From positions 32,001 through 96,000 of the IMG/VR virus record IMGVR_UViG_3300009370_001603: 64,000 nt of DNA; one strand, 5' to 3'. The position numbers and the translations under genes were made by a program. Below the pieces are notes generated by a model that was given only the letters and a program-made list of their open reading frames with translations, was not told the DNA's origin and searched no databases. Source of the stretch: a virus. This document shows, piece after piece, positions 8,901 through 17,956 of the stretch; positions within the stretch are counted from its first letter, which is position 1, and the number at the start of each line of letters is the position of its first letter.

Positions 8901-10554
8901 AGGAATGGCTACCTTCCTCTTTATGCTCCAGAGCCATATTGTTGGGGAAGCCCACGCCGTCCGGACCCGCATATTTCAAGATATCCTTATCCGAACCATT
9001 ATTGTAGTCGTCGTTGAAGTAAAATTTTCTGTGAAATAATTTTTCCGCATTTATTGGACTAACCTGCGCCCCCTTATTTCCAACTCCATATGGGTAAAAG
9101 GGATTTGGTTTTCCGTTGCTTAACTTGATATCTTGCAGAATCGGGAAACCAAAGAAGTTCCCAGCATTTGTAATAAATTGTTGTATTTCCCATCTTCCCT
9201 TAAATATGGCTTCGTGGGTGACCTCGTCTGGTACCCCTGAGCCAAACTCAACGGGCATCCATACACCGTCCACCTCATGCAACAAAACGGTTTTGCCAAC
9301 CTCAAAGGACTTATCTGGATCTGGGTTGTACACCATTACGTGGGCCTTGGATATATCGGCTCCGCGACAGTGGGCTGGTTGAGCATAATTGGGTGTCCAT
9401 TGATATGGGTTGCCATTCTGCATCGTAATTGGCATCGCCTCTCCAGTTCCCATTTGGAGATAGTTTTCATCCATGCCCGCAAGCGAGTCGGCAGTAACTG
9501 AAGCGGCAAGAGCATCTATGTCTTCCGCCCCATTAGCGGTGCCAATCTTTTTTGTTACCTTCGCTATTATAGTCTTGCTACCACTCTGCCAACTATGCGT
9601 ATACTCATTGTAGTGCATAGCAACTTCTGCGGCCACCTTTTGGCCCTCATTGGTCTCATCTGGAGACGAGAGGTCACCATCTTTTTTAGAGCCATAAGGT
9701 CGCCCAGTGCTATCACTACGAATTCCAACCTTCTTTAATTCTGGTAAAGCGAAAAATGCTTTTTTCTCTGAGTCATTTAGAGTGTCTCTAAGATATAGAT
9801 TTATTGTGGTGTTCTCTACTTTGTGACAAGGCTCGCCAGAATGTGGTGTTAAATCAGCGTGTAGGGCTACCGGAATACTTAAGCATCCACTTCTGGATGT
9901 TTTAATATCATCAATAAACTCACGTCTGGCCAAGTCTACATCCGGCCAATCCTGTATTTTTGGTTTAGATATTTCCTTCAATCTTACCCAGTCATTCATC
10001 GCCACGACGTTCAGTATAAATTTCACCGTATGTGCTTGCGGAATAGTGTCGGGGCCAAACTCGTCGTGCAAGACAAGCTGTGGGTCTTCTCCCTCTTCCG
10101 CTGCGGCCTCAACTCTAAATCCGTCGAAGTCAGATATTTTCAGATCGTTATATTCAAAAGGCCCCCAAGGAATTTCCTCTCTGAGATCTGACCACTCCCA
10201 CCTATGCGCGCCATCTATTACTACAAAAGAACCCTTATTCTGATCTTCAAACCTCCAAGCTTCCATTTGTACGGTGTTGGACCCGAAGAAATCAGTTGTG
10301 CTTTCAGTTGCGTCTCTGAACGCAAAAATAGGGTGCGGGTCTATATTTGGACCAAAATTTCCTCGGTCTCTCCGCGTCCCGAACGGGGTAAGAAACAAGT
10401 CTCGAAGAGGATAATCCCCCTTCGGCCCCTTGGTGTGCCAAAAGTCATAAAGCGTGCCCGTTGTAAAATTGGTTAGATTTAGCTGCTTTAAGAAATCACT
10501 GCTGCTTGTAAACAGGTGAAAGTCTACGCCTAGCCCTTCTTTTCTATCGGTCAT
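5956..10554 (-). CDS. Large putative tail-tip/baseplate protein (1532 aa)
   Basis: Long ORF with AGGAGA SD, last large gene of the post-tape-measure block; no recognised family motif. Confidence 0.45.
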   Translation of the reverse strand: MTDRKEGLGVDFHLFTSSSDFLKQLNLTNFTTGTLYDFWHTKGPKGDYPLRDLFLTPFGTRRDRGNFGPNIDPHPIFAFRDATESTTDFFGSNTVQMEAWRFEDQNKGSFVVIDGAHRWEWSDLREEIPWGPFEYNDLKISDFDGFRVEAAAEEGEDPQLVLHDEFGPDTIPQAHTVKFILNVVAMNDWVRLKEISKPKIQDWPDVDLARREFIDDIKTSRSGCLSIPVALHADLTPHSGEPCHKVENTTINLYLRDTLNDSEKKAFFALPELKKVGIRSDSTGRPYGSKKDGDLSSPDETNEGQKVAAEVAMHYNEYTHSWQSGSKTIIAKVTKKIGTANGAEDIDALAASVTADSLAGMDENYLQMGTGEAMPITMQNGNPYQWTPNYAQPAHCRGADISKAHVMVYNPDPDKSFEVGKTVLLHEVDGVWMPVEFGSGVPDEVTHEAIFKGRWEIQQFITNAGNFFGFPILQDIKLSNGKPNPFYPYGVGNKGAQVSPINAEKLFHRKFYFNDDYNNGSDKDILKYAGPDGVGFPNNMALEHKEEGSHSYFRQVTAFDYLEGQLGGTRGAKRSILRTKFGEWANGDLIEDGGASPDNTLYFGALFPDGWTATDMDDHNESGPQTLAQENRGWVGKAYGIAKTYWPNEGTYDEVLGGGFLLPKNTGEDDARNAHYEGGKQFIEGDEEFGINTGPVIALFNKFAVDGITDLTHMPADYALNASPSGNYGRPLMNMRAWSYFDNEVDLATLGTEQYNKWKEMFKNHCTAAIAHGRGMDEADIGTAHPLNEREFPGFLWNWLYREPKDGFPKDEDDNPLWDYTQSALDWRPVRANKIQFRPLCHELSVNDHGRVIPLMDGQGTGGSTVEGRSRKYNYVTGKMTQVGGAAQPECGFSKISRDRENSMVDAGDWRPSNKIYAENFSAGVDTTAFKADGTRRTDFDFNNHGIMYGRDYPYVGAIKYHKCNRFGDWTAGFAGWRLNMERVQGDESGFLTVGVIGSVCTVGAVQYVAFTTRNKIGSQSRFTGMAGQASATWLPTWGGTHANKYDQFGTTDLSVRIYQAHERENLIYDSRFFAVHHFNPGLGLADSIHHQANRRIPLFHGSNDFDNIFVDTDKDNHADCWVDVARTTVDHRTPSYVDFQEDCNIKESIEVGDGVPRRVPFSAKSQLALLGPSTWKDNGGDDIYSNAVEPQFGVYRRLISKEYWNVDPTRRGKLLPYNANRDVPQIPYFRFGENMPGFRVSFLTTNNVWARSEAMDNYDQLIGPIDKVLALETVSEEDGKVKLTPNPQNPEKVDVVLVNLGKDYKIGDKFKVDGFEKSEVTVMSTGNQGCINGLYFNVPCTNNTTFGDTPKKLSDLEKLGVDCNPDKLINLGINFVDPDDCDMTVDSVDEITSNTMGAAKFKPYNKFTVNGKGFSAFVTKATMKKMIITDHKPKIATLQDFAQLSMPADSSPGGSAGQSFLFGFIQGANNFIALTEGERIVQEDIDNPSPSGLYDCFFHFHNDTSHTIWNDNNMGPTHSVDQYIELEINPV

Positions 10555-10567
10555 ATTATTCTCCTAA

Positions 10568-13500
10568 TCATTCCGGTGGTCCTCTTCTATCTTCAGGTTT
10601 TTTCACGGGTGGCTCTGGAACCGCTGGGACATTTTGGTTTCCATCTCCTCGCCCTGTCACGAGAGTGATAAAATCGCCAATGTGGCCGGTTGCTACCTCT
10701 CCTGCATCTATAGCGAAATCCACTACATCCTCAGCCAAAGCCTGCATTTCAGCATACTGCTGGGCGTTAGTTTGTATCGTGCTATAACCCCTTTTAATTA
10801 AATCGTAGGCGCCCGTCGCGGCGTCTTCCCCTATGTTTATTAGCTCGCCAGTCAGGTCGTGCGGCTTTCCATTGTTCCAAGATGTACTAGCCTGTACGAA
10901 TAGATTGCTTTGCTCCATTTTTCCCTTTTCAAAATCTGAGAAGTGTTGGCCAGCTTGCTTTGCCCTATCAAGGAACTCTTGGCCGCCACCCTGTAGTACC
11001 GCCTCGTATAGATTTTTATTTGACAGTGCTTTTCCTAAACCCCGTCTAATCGCGTTGTTTCTCTGATCAGTTAATTTCTGCCTTTCCCTAACAACTTGAG
11101 CTATAGCGCCCTCTTTTTGTTTTTGCAGTTTACCAAAGCTTGAAGTATATAAATCCATCCTTACAGTAGTGCTAACCTCGCTAGCTGATATAGTCACGTC
11201 AATTGATGTTACTAATGGTCCACCAAGCTTTAACGCTTTAGCCAGACCAATTCCAGTCGGAGCTTGAGGTATAGCAAAGCCGCCACGCTCAGAAAATAGT
11301 AATAAACTATTAGAAAACTGAGCCTGTAAATAACCAGCGTCATTCATCAACTGATAACCACCAAAATTCCAAGGCACTAAGTTTTCATCTTTTACAAATT
11401 CAATTTTGCCACCTATATTTGTTACTCCGGGAGAAAGGGTTCCGGGGTCAATAGAGGCGTTAGACAACCACGGACCATAACATCTCTCCATTGACATTAA
11501 AGGTATGGCTACCATGTCGGGATAAACAGGAGATGGCGACGTAAATGACAATCTACTGTCCATTGACGCAACGCCAGCGTTCTGCATTGCCTTCTTCTGG
11601 GCCGCCCTAGCTTCATTGATTTCTCCAATGGTAAACCTTTGCAACTCCTCGCAGCTCGGTTCCATATCCCCATTAGTAATCTCAGCAGGTTCTTCAAAAC
11701 CTATGACACCCTTAACCACGTCTCGGGTCTGTATGCTATACATTGATGCTGTTTGGTAAGCAGAAAGCGGGCCGTCGCAATATCTTAAATCAACGGTGGG
11801 GGTAACCATCCCCGGTAAAGTAACCAGAGCATACACATGGTTTGAAGCTTGAAGAACTTTTCTTCCATCTACCAATTGTATAATATCCTTATCCATACCT
11901 ACTATGTCGCCCTCAAAACTTCCGTCATCAGACTTCTTATAAACTGGTACGCCATCAACAGCATTCGATTTCATGAAATCAGTTGTGTTTACACGTTTGT
12001 TCTTCTTTCCGTCGGCGGGGCTGAAAACTGGTAATACTTTTCTTATGACGCCGCTAGGAACCACGCAGCCAGCCTCGTTCTCTGGAGTGTCGGGATCATC
12101 TTCTAACGTTCTATTAATGATCTCCATCCTTGGAATGGGAACCACGGTTTTAAACCCACGGGCAAATACTTTTGTTGGAACATCTATAACCTGTGGGGGC
12201 ATATAAAACTCTTCATCCACGCTGCACCTTACGAAAGCTATAGACGGGTCTTGCCTATCTAAGAGTTTGTCATCTGCCAGCTTGGTCTGAATCTGAGCCA
12301 TCGTGAGGCTCTTGTCTGGATTTACGTTATCTAAATCCTCCAAGGCGTCTGGAATAATAAACCCATATTTATTTATGCTCTGTTGACTCAAGCTCTCTGC
12401 TGATATTTTTGAAAAATCATAAAGATGACTATTGTCAAACCTGACATAGCAAGACATGCGGTTTGCTGCCGTCATCATATTTGTGGGGTCTATGGGGGAT
12501 AGAGCATCCCTGATATCACGAGGAAAGCTCTTCTTACTTCTAGCCTTCTGACCAGCCCTCCAGCCAGCAGACTGGAAGCCTCTCAGGTTGTGGTCAACGA
12601 ACCCGCCCTGTGGTTCTGGTTTATAGTTATACTCCCACTTGTCTGCAAACGGGTTAAAGTTAACCTTTAAGGCTCCGTTGCCATAGCCGTACTTAAAATT
12701 CGCATCGCCAAATCTTTTCTCGTAATCTAAATAATGCTCAAAGGAGTCTCTAAAGGTCACACTGGACGATAGCGATCTAATAGTGGCAGACCATTCGGTG
12801 CCAGTAGCGTAGAATGCATTGGTTGCAGTTATTGGAAGTGGCTTGAATCCAAAGGGACCAGCTTTTATGCTATCATAATTACCGCGATAGTATTCTACCT
12901 CGTTTTGAAATTTTAAGTTTGTCTTATTGGGAATTTTAACCAAGAATTTTTTGCCCAAGTTTTCTGACGCCACCTTCTTAACGAAATCATAAACCTTTCT
13001 GGCGTTTGCCTGCCCCTCTTTCGCTAATCTCGAAACATTTTTTATCAGCTTTTTGTTGTTACCTATGGTATCTTTAATCTCGGCAATTAAAAGCTTATCA
13101 GCCGCATCTGCATCCTTTAACTGTTCTTCAATATCCTTTACATATCTTTTGGCTTCAGAAAGAGCTAAATATAGATTTGCGTGCGTGGCCGCGAAAGTAG
13201 CTTTTGCAAGTATGTCATTCGAGTAAGCCCTCTTAAATTGAATCCACTTTTTATTTATACTCTTTTCTATCTTTTTTATTTCTATAAGAGCATCTTCTTT
13301 TATCATGTCAAAGTATGGGCCGTTTGTATCTAATTTATCCTTCAGTCTTTCTAGATTGCTAGTTAAAGCTGTTTGCGCCCCAACGACCCCTGCCATACCA
13401 GCTCTCGCAACACCAATTTTTTCCGCCCTCTTATAATATAATGGGTACCCAAATGGCGGAGCGCAAGGGCTAGCTGGATATCCATCCTTACCCAAATAGT

Positions 13501-15562
13501 TTTTATCGGATCTCCAGACACACCTTGGAACTGAAACGCCATACTTGCCATCATAAACAACTTTAAGCATTTCTGTTAACTCTGTGCCAAGGCCCAGATC
13601 TTCAATTTCTGTTAAAACGTCGGCTGGAATATGAGAATCAAAAAGTTTTTGTGGGCCATCAAGCCTCTTCATCCACTGTTCATCATATTGCAGGAGAAAG
13701 TTTTCCCACTGCTCATAAGAGACTAAAGCTGCCCTTAATTCAATTTCAGTTGCGACATAATAGTTGCCCACACCATAGGCGTTGAGACCAGTAGAATCTA
13801 GTAGAATTTGTTGATAGGAGCCAAACCCTTTGGGTATAGTGACCGCCTTCTCAGACCCTAGAAATCCATAAAAAGGTAGAACCTGTTGTTTTAACATGGT
13901 TTCTAGAGACCATTTATCTCTTTCAAGCTTATTAAGTCTATTTCTATGTCCGTTTTTTTGCTTTCTAAGTTCAACATCATTTCTATCTTTATTAGCCGTA
14001 AAATAATACATGTTGGTTTCTTGACCGCCAACAACAAACTTATCAGTAGTTACATTTGAAAGTTCATATCCAAGATCTTGGTTCTTTACTTCGACATTGC
14101 TTTGTGCAAGAAAGTCTAAGTAGGATTTAATAGCCCCATATGTTGGAGGTCTCCTTTTATCAATAGCATCTACCCTAATAATACCCGCTATCATTTGTGA
14201 TCTCTTCTCCGGATAGGTATTGATTATCTGACTGTTATAATCATAGAGAGTTTTACATGCGGGATGGTTAATCACCGGCAGCAGGGTAACAAAGAGATCA
14301 TGGCTTATAATATCACATAATTCTTGAGCCAATGCAAGTAGATCTATTTGGTCAAACTCCAAGAAATAAGCTGGGGGTATGAGGTCGGTCGGTATGCCAC
14401 CAAAATCAACTACATATTTATATCCCCTAAAATCTATTGGGCCGCCATATCCGGCTTGCTCGTACTCAGTCGGAAGGAATCCATTATAGTTCATCAAAGC
14501 CGCCAAGCCGTCTTTTACCCTATACCAAGGCATACCCCTTTCGCTTCTACGGGCAAAGCCTTGTCCTGTAATTGGGAACTTGTTACCAAGGGTATCTTTT
14601 AGCGCTGAACTCGAATCCGCGCTGAAGAATGTCCCCGCGTAATTAGCAGGTGGAAAGTGGTAGTTATCATCTCCAACAAAGCCAAATTTCCCAGTAGCCG
14701 GATCTACAATCTTACCCACGGGATTCTTGCTCAGGGAAGCTTGGTTGAGAGCAGTAACCAAAGGCTCGCTGGGATCATGCTCTAAAAAGCCAAAAACATT
14801 AAGTAAGTTTTTATTATTAAACGTTGTTCCGGCATAATTATTCAATAGCACCGTGGCATTTGATAGTATCTCTCTAGGGTCTTTAACCTGTAGTGAGTAT
14901 AAGGGGGCGCCGCCCGGACCCCTATTCTGCGTATAGCTTTGCAAGATGCCACCAAAAGATAGATGGTCTTTACCTCTCCATACCGTATCGTTATTCCAAA
15001 GCGCGCTTTTGTTCACCCATGTGTTTTTTTGGTTGCTCTCGCCCTTATTGGTAATCTCTCTCAGGTAGTGGTATTCTCCGGGAACTCTTTCTATTTCTCC
15101 ATTTGTGGTCACTTCTGGGAAATCTGAGGGCGCCCCTAATGTACTATGCCCGTAAGTATCATCAAAGGTTTTCCTCCAAGCCTGTTCAATTGTGGCTGGA
15201 TTTCCACCAAATTTAAAGTAAACAGGTGTTCCAACAATTGGCGGTCTGAAATGGTCTGCATCGCCATTATGATATGGATCATCACCGCTTCCCAGCAGGG
15301 TGCGATCAGAAAAATTGAACTCATCATTAACTAGATCAACTGACAGTGTAGACACACTATCTCCGAACCCAGCCGATAGACTAAAGTTTCTAATGGAGGC
15401 CCCAAGAAAAGTTTGCTGAGGAAATCCCTCTGCGCCTTCCTTCCAGCCCGCATCAGACAGGGAGCCGTTTATGCCCTGAGTCAAGACGGGTTGCGACGGC
15501 CAGTCGGTGCCAAAATGACCGCTGGGTGCAAACATGCCTAATAATTCTGAAGATTCAGCCAT
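10568..15562 (-). CDS. Putative baseplate hub / tail-tip (Tal/gp27-like) protein (1664 aa)
   Basis: Position after tape measure and Dit-like gene; N-terminal 'SIRNFSLSAGF..STLSVDLV' and 'FGGILQSY...YSLQVKDPREIL', and late 'LVTSIDVTIS..VSTTVRM', fit hub beta-barrels; central coiled coil. Confidence 0.5.
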   Translation of the reverse strand: MAESSELLGMFAPSGHFGTDWPSQPVLTQGINGSLSDAGWKEGAEGFPQQTFLGASIRNFSLSAGFGDSVSTLSVDLVNDEFNFSDRTLLGSGDDPYHNGDADHFRPPIVGTPVYFKFGGNPATIEQAWRKTFDDTYGHSTLGAPSDFPEVTTNGEIERVPGEYHYLREITNKGESNQKNTWVNKSALWNNDTVWRGKDHLSFGGILQSYTQNRGPGGAPLYSLQVKDPREILSNATVLLNNYAGTTFNNKNLLNVFGFLEHDPSEPLVTALNQASLSKNPVGKIVDPATGKFGFVGDDNYHFPPANYAGTFFSADSSSALKDTLGNKFPITGQGFARRSERGMPWYRVKDGLAALMNYNGFLPTEYEQAGYGGPIDFRGYKYVVDFGGIPTDLIPPAYFLEFDQIDLLALAQELCDIISHDLFVTLLPVINHPACKTLYDYNSQIINTYPEKRSQMIAGIIRVDAIDKRRPPTYGAIKSYLDFLAQSNVEVKNQDLGYELSNVTTDKFVVGGQETNMYYFTANKDRNDVELRKQKNGHRNRLNKLERDKWSLETMLKQQVLPFYGFLGSEKAVTIPKGFGSYQQILLDSTGLNAYGVGNYYVATEIELRAALVSYEQWENFLLQYDEQWMKRLDGPQKLFDSHIPADVLTEIEDLGLGTELTEMLKVVYDGKYGVSVPRCVWRSDKNYLGKDGYPASPCAPPFGYPLYYKRAEKIGVARAGMAGVVGAQTALTSNLERLKDKLDTNGPYFDMIKEDALIEIKKIEKSINKKWIQFKRAYSNDILAKATFAATHANLYLALSEAKRYVKDIEEQLKDADAADKLLIAEIKDTIGNNKKLIKNVSRLAKEGQANARKVYDFVKKVASENLGKKFLVKIPNKTNLKFQNEVEYYRGNYDSIKAGPFGFKPLPITATNAFYATGTEWSATIRSLSSSVTFRDSFEHYLDYEKRFGDANFKYGYGNGALKVNFNPFADKWEYNYKPEPQGGFVDHNLRGFQSAGWRAGQKARSKKSFPRDIRDALSPIDPTNMMTAANRMSCYVRFDNSHLYDFSKISAESLSQQSINKYGFIIPDALEDLDNVNPDKSLTMAQIQTKLADDKLLDRQDPSIAFVRCSVDEEFYMPPQVIDVPTKVFARGFKTVVPIPRMEIINRTLEDDPDTPENEAGCVVPSGVIRKVLPVFSPADGKKNKRVNTTDFMKSNAVDGVPVYKKSDDGSFEGDIVGMDKDIIQLVDGRKVLQASNHVYALVTLPGMVTPTVDLRYCDGPLSAYQTASMYSIQTRDVVKGVIGFEEPAEITNGDMEPSCEELQRFTIGEINEARAAQKKAMQNAGVASMDSRLSFTSPSPVYPDMVAIPLMSMERCYGPWLSNASIDPGTLSPGVTNIGGKIEFVKDENLVPWNFGGYQLMNDAGYLQAQFSNSLLLFSERGGFAIPQAPTGIGLAKALKLGGPLVTSIDVTISASEVSTTVRMDLYTSSFGKLQKQKEGAIAQVVRERQKLTDQRNNAIRRGLGKALSNKNLYEAVLQGGGQEFLDRAKQAGQHFSDFEKGKMEQSNLFVQASTSWNNGKPHDLTGELINIGEDAATGAYDLIKRGYSTIQTNAQQYAEMQALAEDVVDFAIDAGEVATGHIGDFITLVTGRGDGNQNVPAVPEPPVKKPEDRRGPPE

Positions 15563-15572
15563 GATTCCTTCC

Positions 15573-16112
15573 TTAGTATGGATACGGATAATACGGTGTG
15601 GCTATAACATAGTCCGAAACATAAGGTACTACAAAATATACTGGGGGTTGTGAATCGTGTCCGTGGTGAATAAACGGTTGAAACAGATTAAAATCTATTG
15701 CAACGTACTTGGTTCCCCTGTTGCTAAACTGTCCTACAGAGCCATCAAAATGAAAAATACCAGTTTGCTCTGCGTTGAGTGTTGTGTCAACATCTGCGCC
15801 AAACGTTTTGTACAGACCGGAAACAGCCCACCACTCTGGGCTATACGGCGAATCTGCAACCGCTGAAACAGAGCTGGGCGATGGGAAGGGGAAATTTATA
15901 CCACTCGGCCCATTCGCGCCCAATATATTCTCGTGGTGTTGTGAATAATCAAAAAAGTGAGCTTCTGAGGACGGCATTACAACTCCGCTCACGAAGTTTG
16001 CCTTTAAAAACTCCTCACTCAAGGGTGTTGCGGGGTCACAGTAACGATACTCTGGAAACCCCTGCTCGTCCTCTCGGATTTTTTCACAGTCTTCATTGGG
16101 ATCTACAGGCAT
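15573..16112 (-). CDS. Hypothetical virion-associated protein
   Basis: In operon, 2-nt and 10-nt gaps to neighbours; aromatic/Pro-rich; 3 SG. Confidence 0.5.
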   Translation of the reverse strand: MPVDPNEDCEKIREDEQGFPEYRYCDPATPLSEEFLKANFVSGVVMPSSEAHFFDYSQHHENILGANGPSGINFPFPSPSSVSAVADSPYSPEWWAVSGLYKTFGADVDTTLNAEQTGIFHFDGSVGQFSNRGTKYVAIDFNLFQPFIHHGHDSQPPVYFVVPYVSDYVIATPYYPYPY

Positions 16113-16114
16113 AT

Positions 16115-17956
16115 TTATCTGTCCAGTTCATACGTAAATGATACATTAAAACTATAGGTTCCGGCCTTTGGGTTCCAGCTTTCTGACGGGGGAGAAATGA
16201 AACACTTTCTAATTCCGGGTTCCTGTTGGGGGCTTACTTCTTTTAGTAATTTTGCCAACTGGGTGGCTGTAGGCTCTACAACGCTAGGTTTTTTAAGCAT
16301 GATTGGATCTCTACCCGACCCATATGGGATTTTAGTATAGTCCATAACTAAATTTATTGAAACATCCCTTTTATGCTCAGTTCTACCTCCAATGTACTGT
16401 AATACCGGCCCTGTTTTTCTTCCCAGTACGGGAATGACAGCAAACACGTCTCCGGGATAAGTATCGTTTACTTGAATACTTTCCGTTATAGCCCCTGATA
16501 TTATATTAGTCGGCCTATTATCAAACGCCAAGCTATAAGTCAGGTTACCGGTAAATTTATTTGCCCCTATACTCACGCTGGCAGGCTGTGAATTAAGGCC
16601 AACGGCAACCATGTTGTTCGCACGCTTATAAACATGGCTACCAACGCCAAAGAATCCAGAATTTGTTATTTCATTATATTTACTTAGTGCATTATCATAA
16701 GCGTTAACTCCAGACTGAAGGGGATTAATAATTGAGCTGCCGTCCAATCCTCCATGAAAAGTACCGCTTGGGCTAAACGTTGAAAGACCTTTTATGGTGC
16801 CGTCTACCGACACCTGTACAAAAGGACTGTTGTTTGATGAGCTAACCTTTAAATTGAAATTCTCGTAGGCAACACCGCTGGATAGAAACCAGTTCTCAGT
16901 AACAGAAAATGTTCCAGCGGATTCGCTTACGTTTTCCGTTCTTACTAGGTTAAATCCACCATATTTATCGACGAGATTTAGAGTTCCGCTACCGATTTTT
17001 CCAAATACATTTGGGTATCCTTTTGCGCCATCGCTAAAGAGTCGATTGGTTACGAACTTCTTCGCAGACTCCCAAGCCGGAATTTTTGTCGGCGCTGTCC
17101 CCTCGGGATCTTTATGCATGTAATGCGTCTTACCGGCGGCATTAATAGTGTGAGATATCCTGTAACCTCTGGGGGCGACAGTGCCATCCCCCAAATTTAC
17201 CTCTGCTGACGATCCTCCGTCGTCCACTTGGACGGCCCAGCTTTCAGAAAAACTTTTAATAAAGGCGCCACTTAGTGCGACAACTAGGTCTTCATTAGAA
17301 ACTAGTTGAACTTCTCTGGGGTGTTTCCTATCCGAATCCCCGCTACCAATCGGAATCAATGTTCCATCTAAGTCTGGTCTAATTCCGGCAGCCTCTTGGT
17401 GTAGCAGAACATCCGCTTCCAGATTAATAGTAAAATCAGATTTATTTGTATAAGTACCCTCACTGAAGTTAATGCTAACCACCCTTGGGTAGCATATAAC
17501 TGCGGGTATGTCTTCTCTAACGTCCGTAATTTCAAGTCTTTGACCGTCTTGTGCGAACAAGGCCTTCAACGATCTCTGTTTAGATAGAATGGCTGAAGCT
17601 AGGTTCTCTTGAGGAACCTGCTGTCTAGGGGGTTTATTTATGCCGGTGTGAGACCTGTTGCTATCAAACGCTCCATAGGGGCCGATATGTGCTGGCACGG
17701 GGCTAGTTCCAGCCCAAAACGGATAAGGGCCATCTTTAACAGAAGTCCTTCCCGCCTGCCCGTCTGCAACGTGGTCAAGCGCATACGGAGATCCCTCATC
17801 CGGTAATAATGTACCAGTTAAAGTTATTGTATAAGTGACACCAAACGCTTCCCCAGCTCCATTTTTTAGTATATTTGTATTAATACTAACTAGCGGAGTT
17901 GGACGTATAGTACACTCTTGAGATGAGTCATTCTGATATCTGATTCTGATAGGCAT
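16115..17956 (-). CDS. Putative distal-tail/tube-like structural protein
   Basis: Repeated beta modules ('SESAGTFSVTENW', 'NKFTGNLTYSLAFD', 'SWNPKAGTYSFNVSFTYE'); position in tail-tip block. Confidence 0.45.
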   Translation of the reverse strand: MPIRIRYQNDSSQECTIRPTPLVSINTNILKNGAGEAFGVTYTITLTGTLLPDEGSPYALDHVADGQAGRTSVKDGPYPFWAGTSPVPAHIGPYGAFDSNRSHTGINKPPRQQVPQENLASAILSKQRSLKALFAQDGQRLEITDVREDIPAVICYPRVVSINFSEGTYTNKSDFTINLEADVLLHQEAAGIRPDLDGTLIPIGSGDSDRKHPREVQLVSNEDLVVALSGAFIKSFSESWAVQVDDGGSSAEVNLGDGTVAPRGYRISHTINAAGKTHYMHKDPEGTAPTKIPAWESAKKFVTNRLFSDGAKGYPNVFGKIGSGTLNLVDKYGGFNLVRTENVSESAGTFSVTENWFLSSGVAYENFNLKVSSSNNSPFVQVSVDGTIKGLSTFSPSGTFHGGLDGSSIINPLQSGVNAYDNALSKYNEITNSGFFGVGSHVYKRANNMVAVGLNSQPASVSIGANKFTGNLTYSLAFDNRPTNIISGAITESIQVNDTYPGDVFAVIPVLGRKTGPVLQYIGGRTEHKRDVSINLVMDYTKIPYGSGRDPIMLKKPSVVEPTATQLAKLLKEVSPQQEPGIRKCFISPPSESWNPKAGTYSFNVSFTYELDR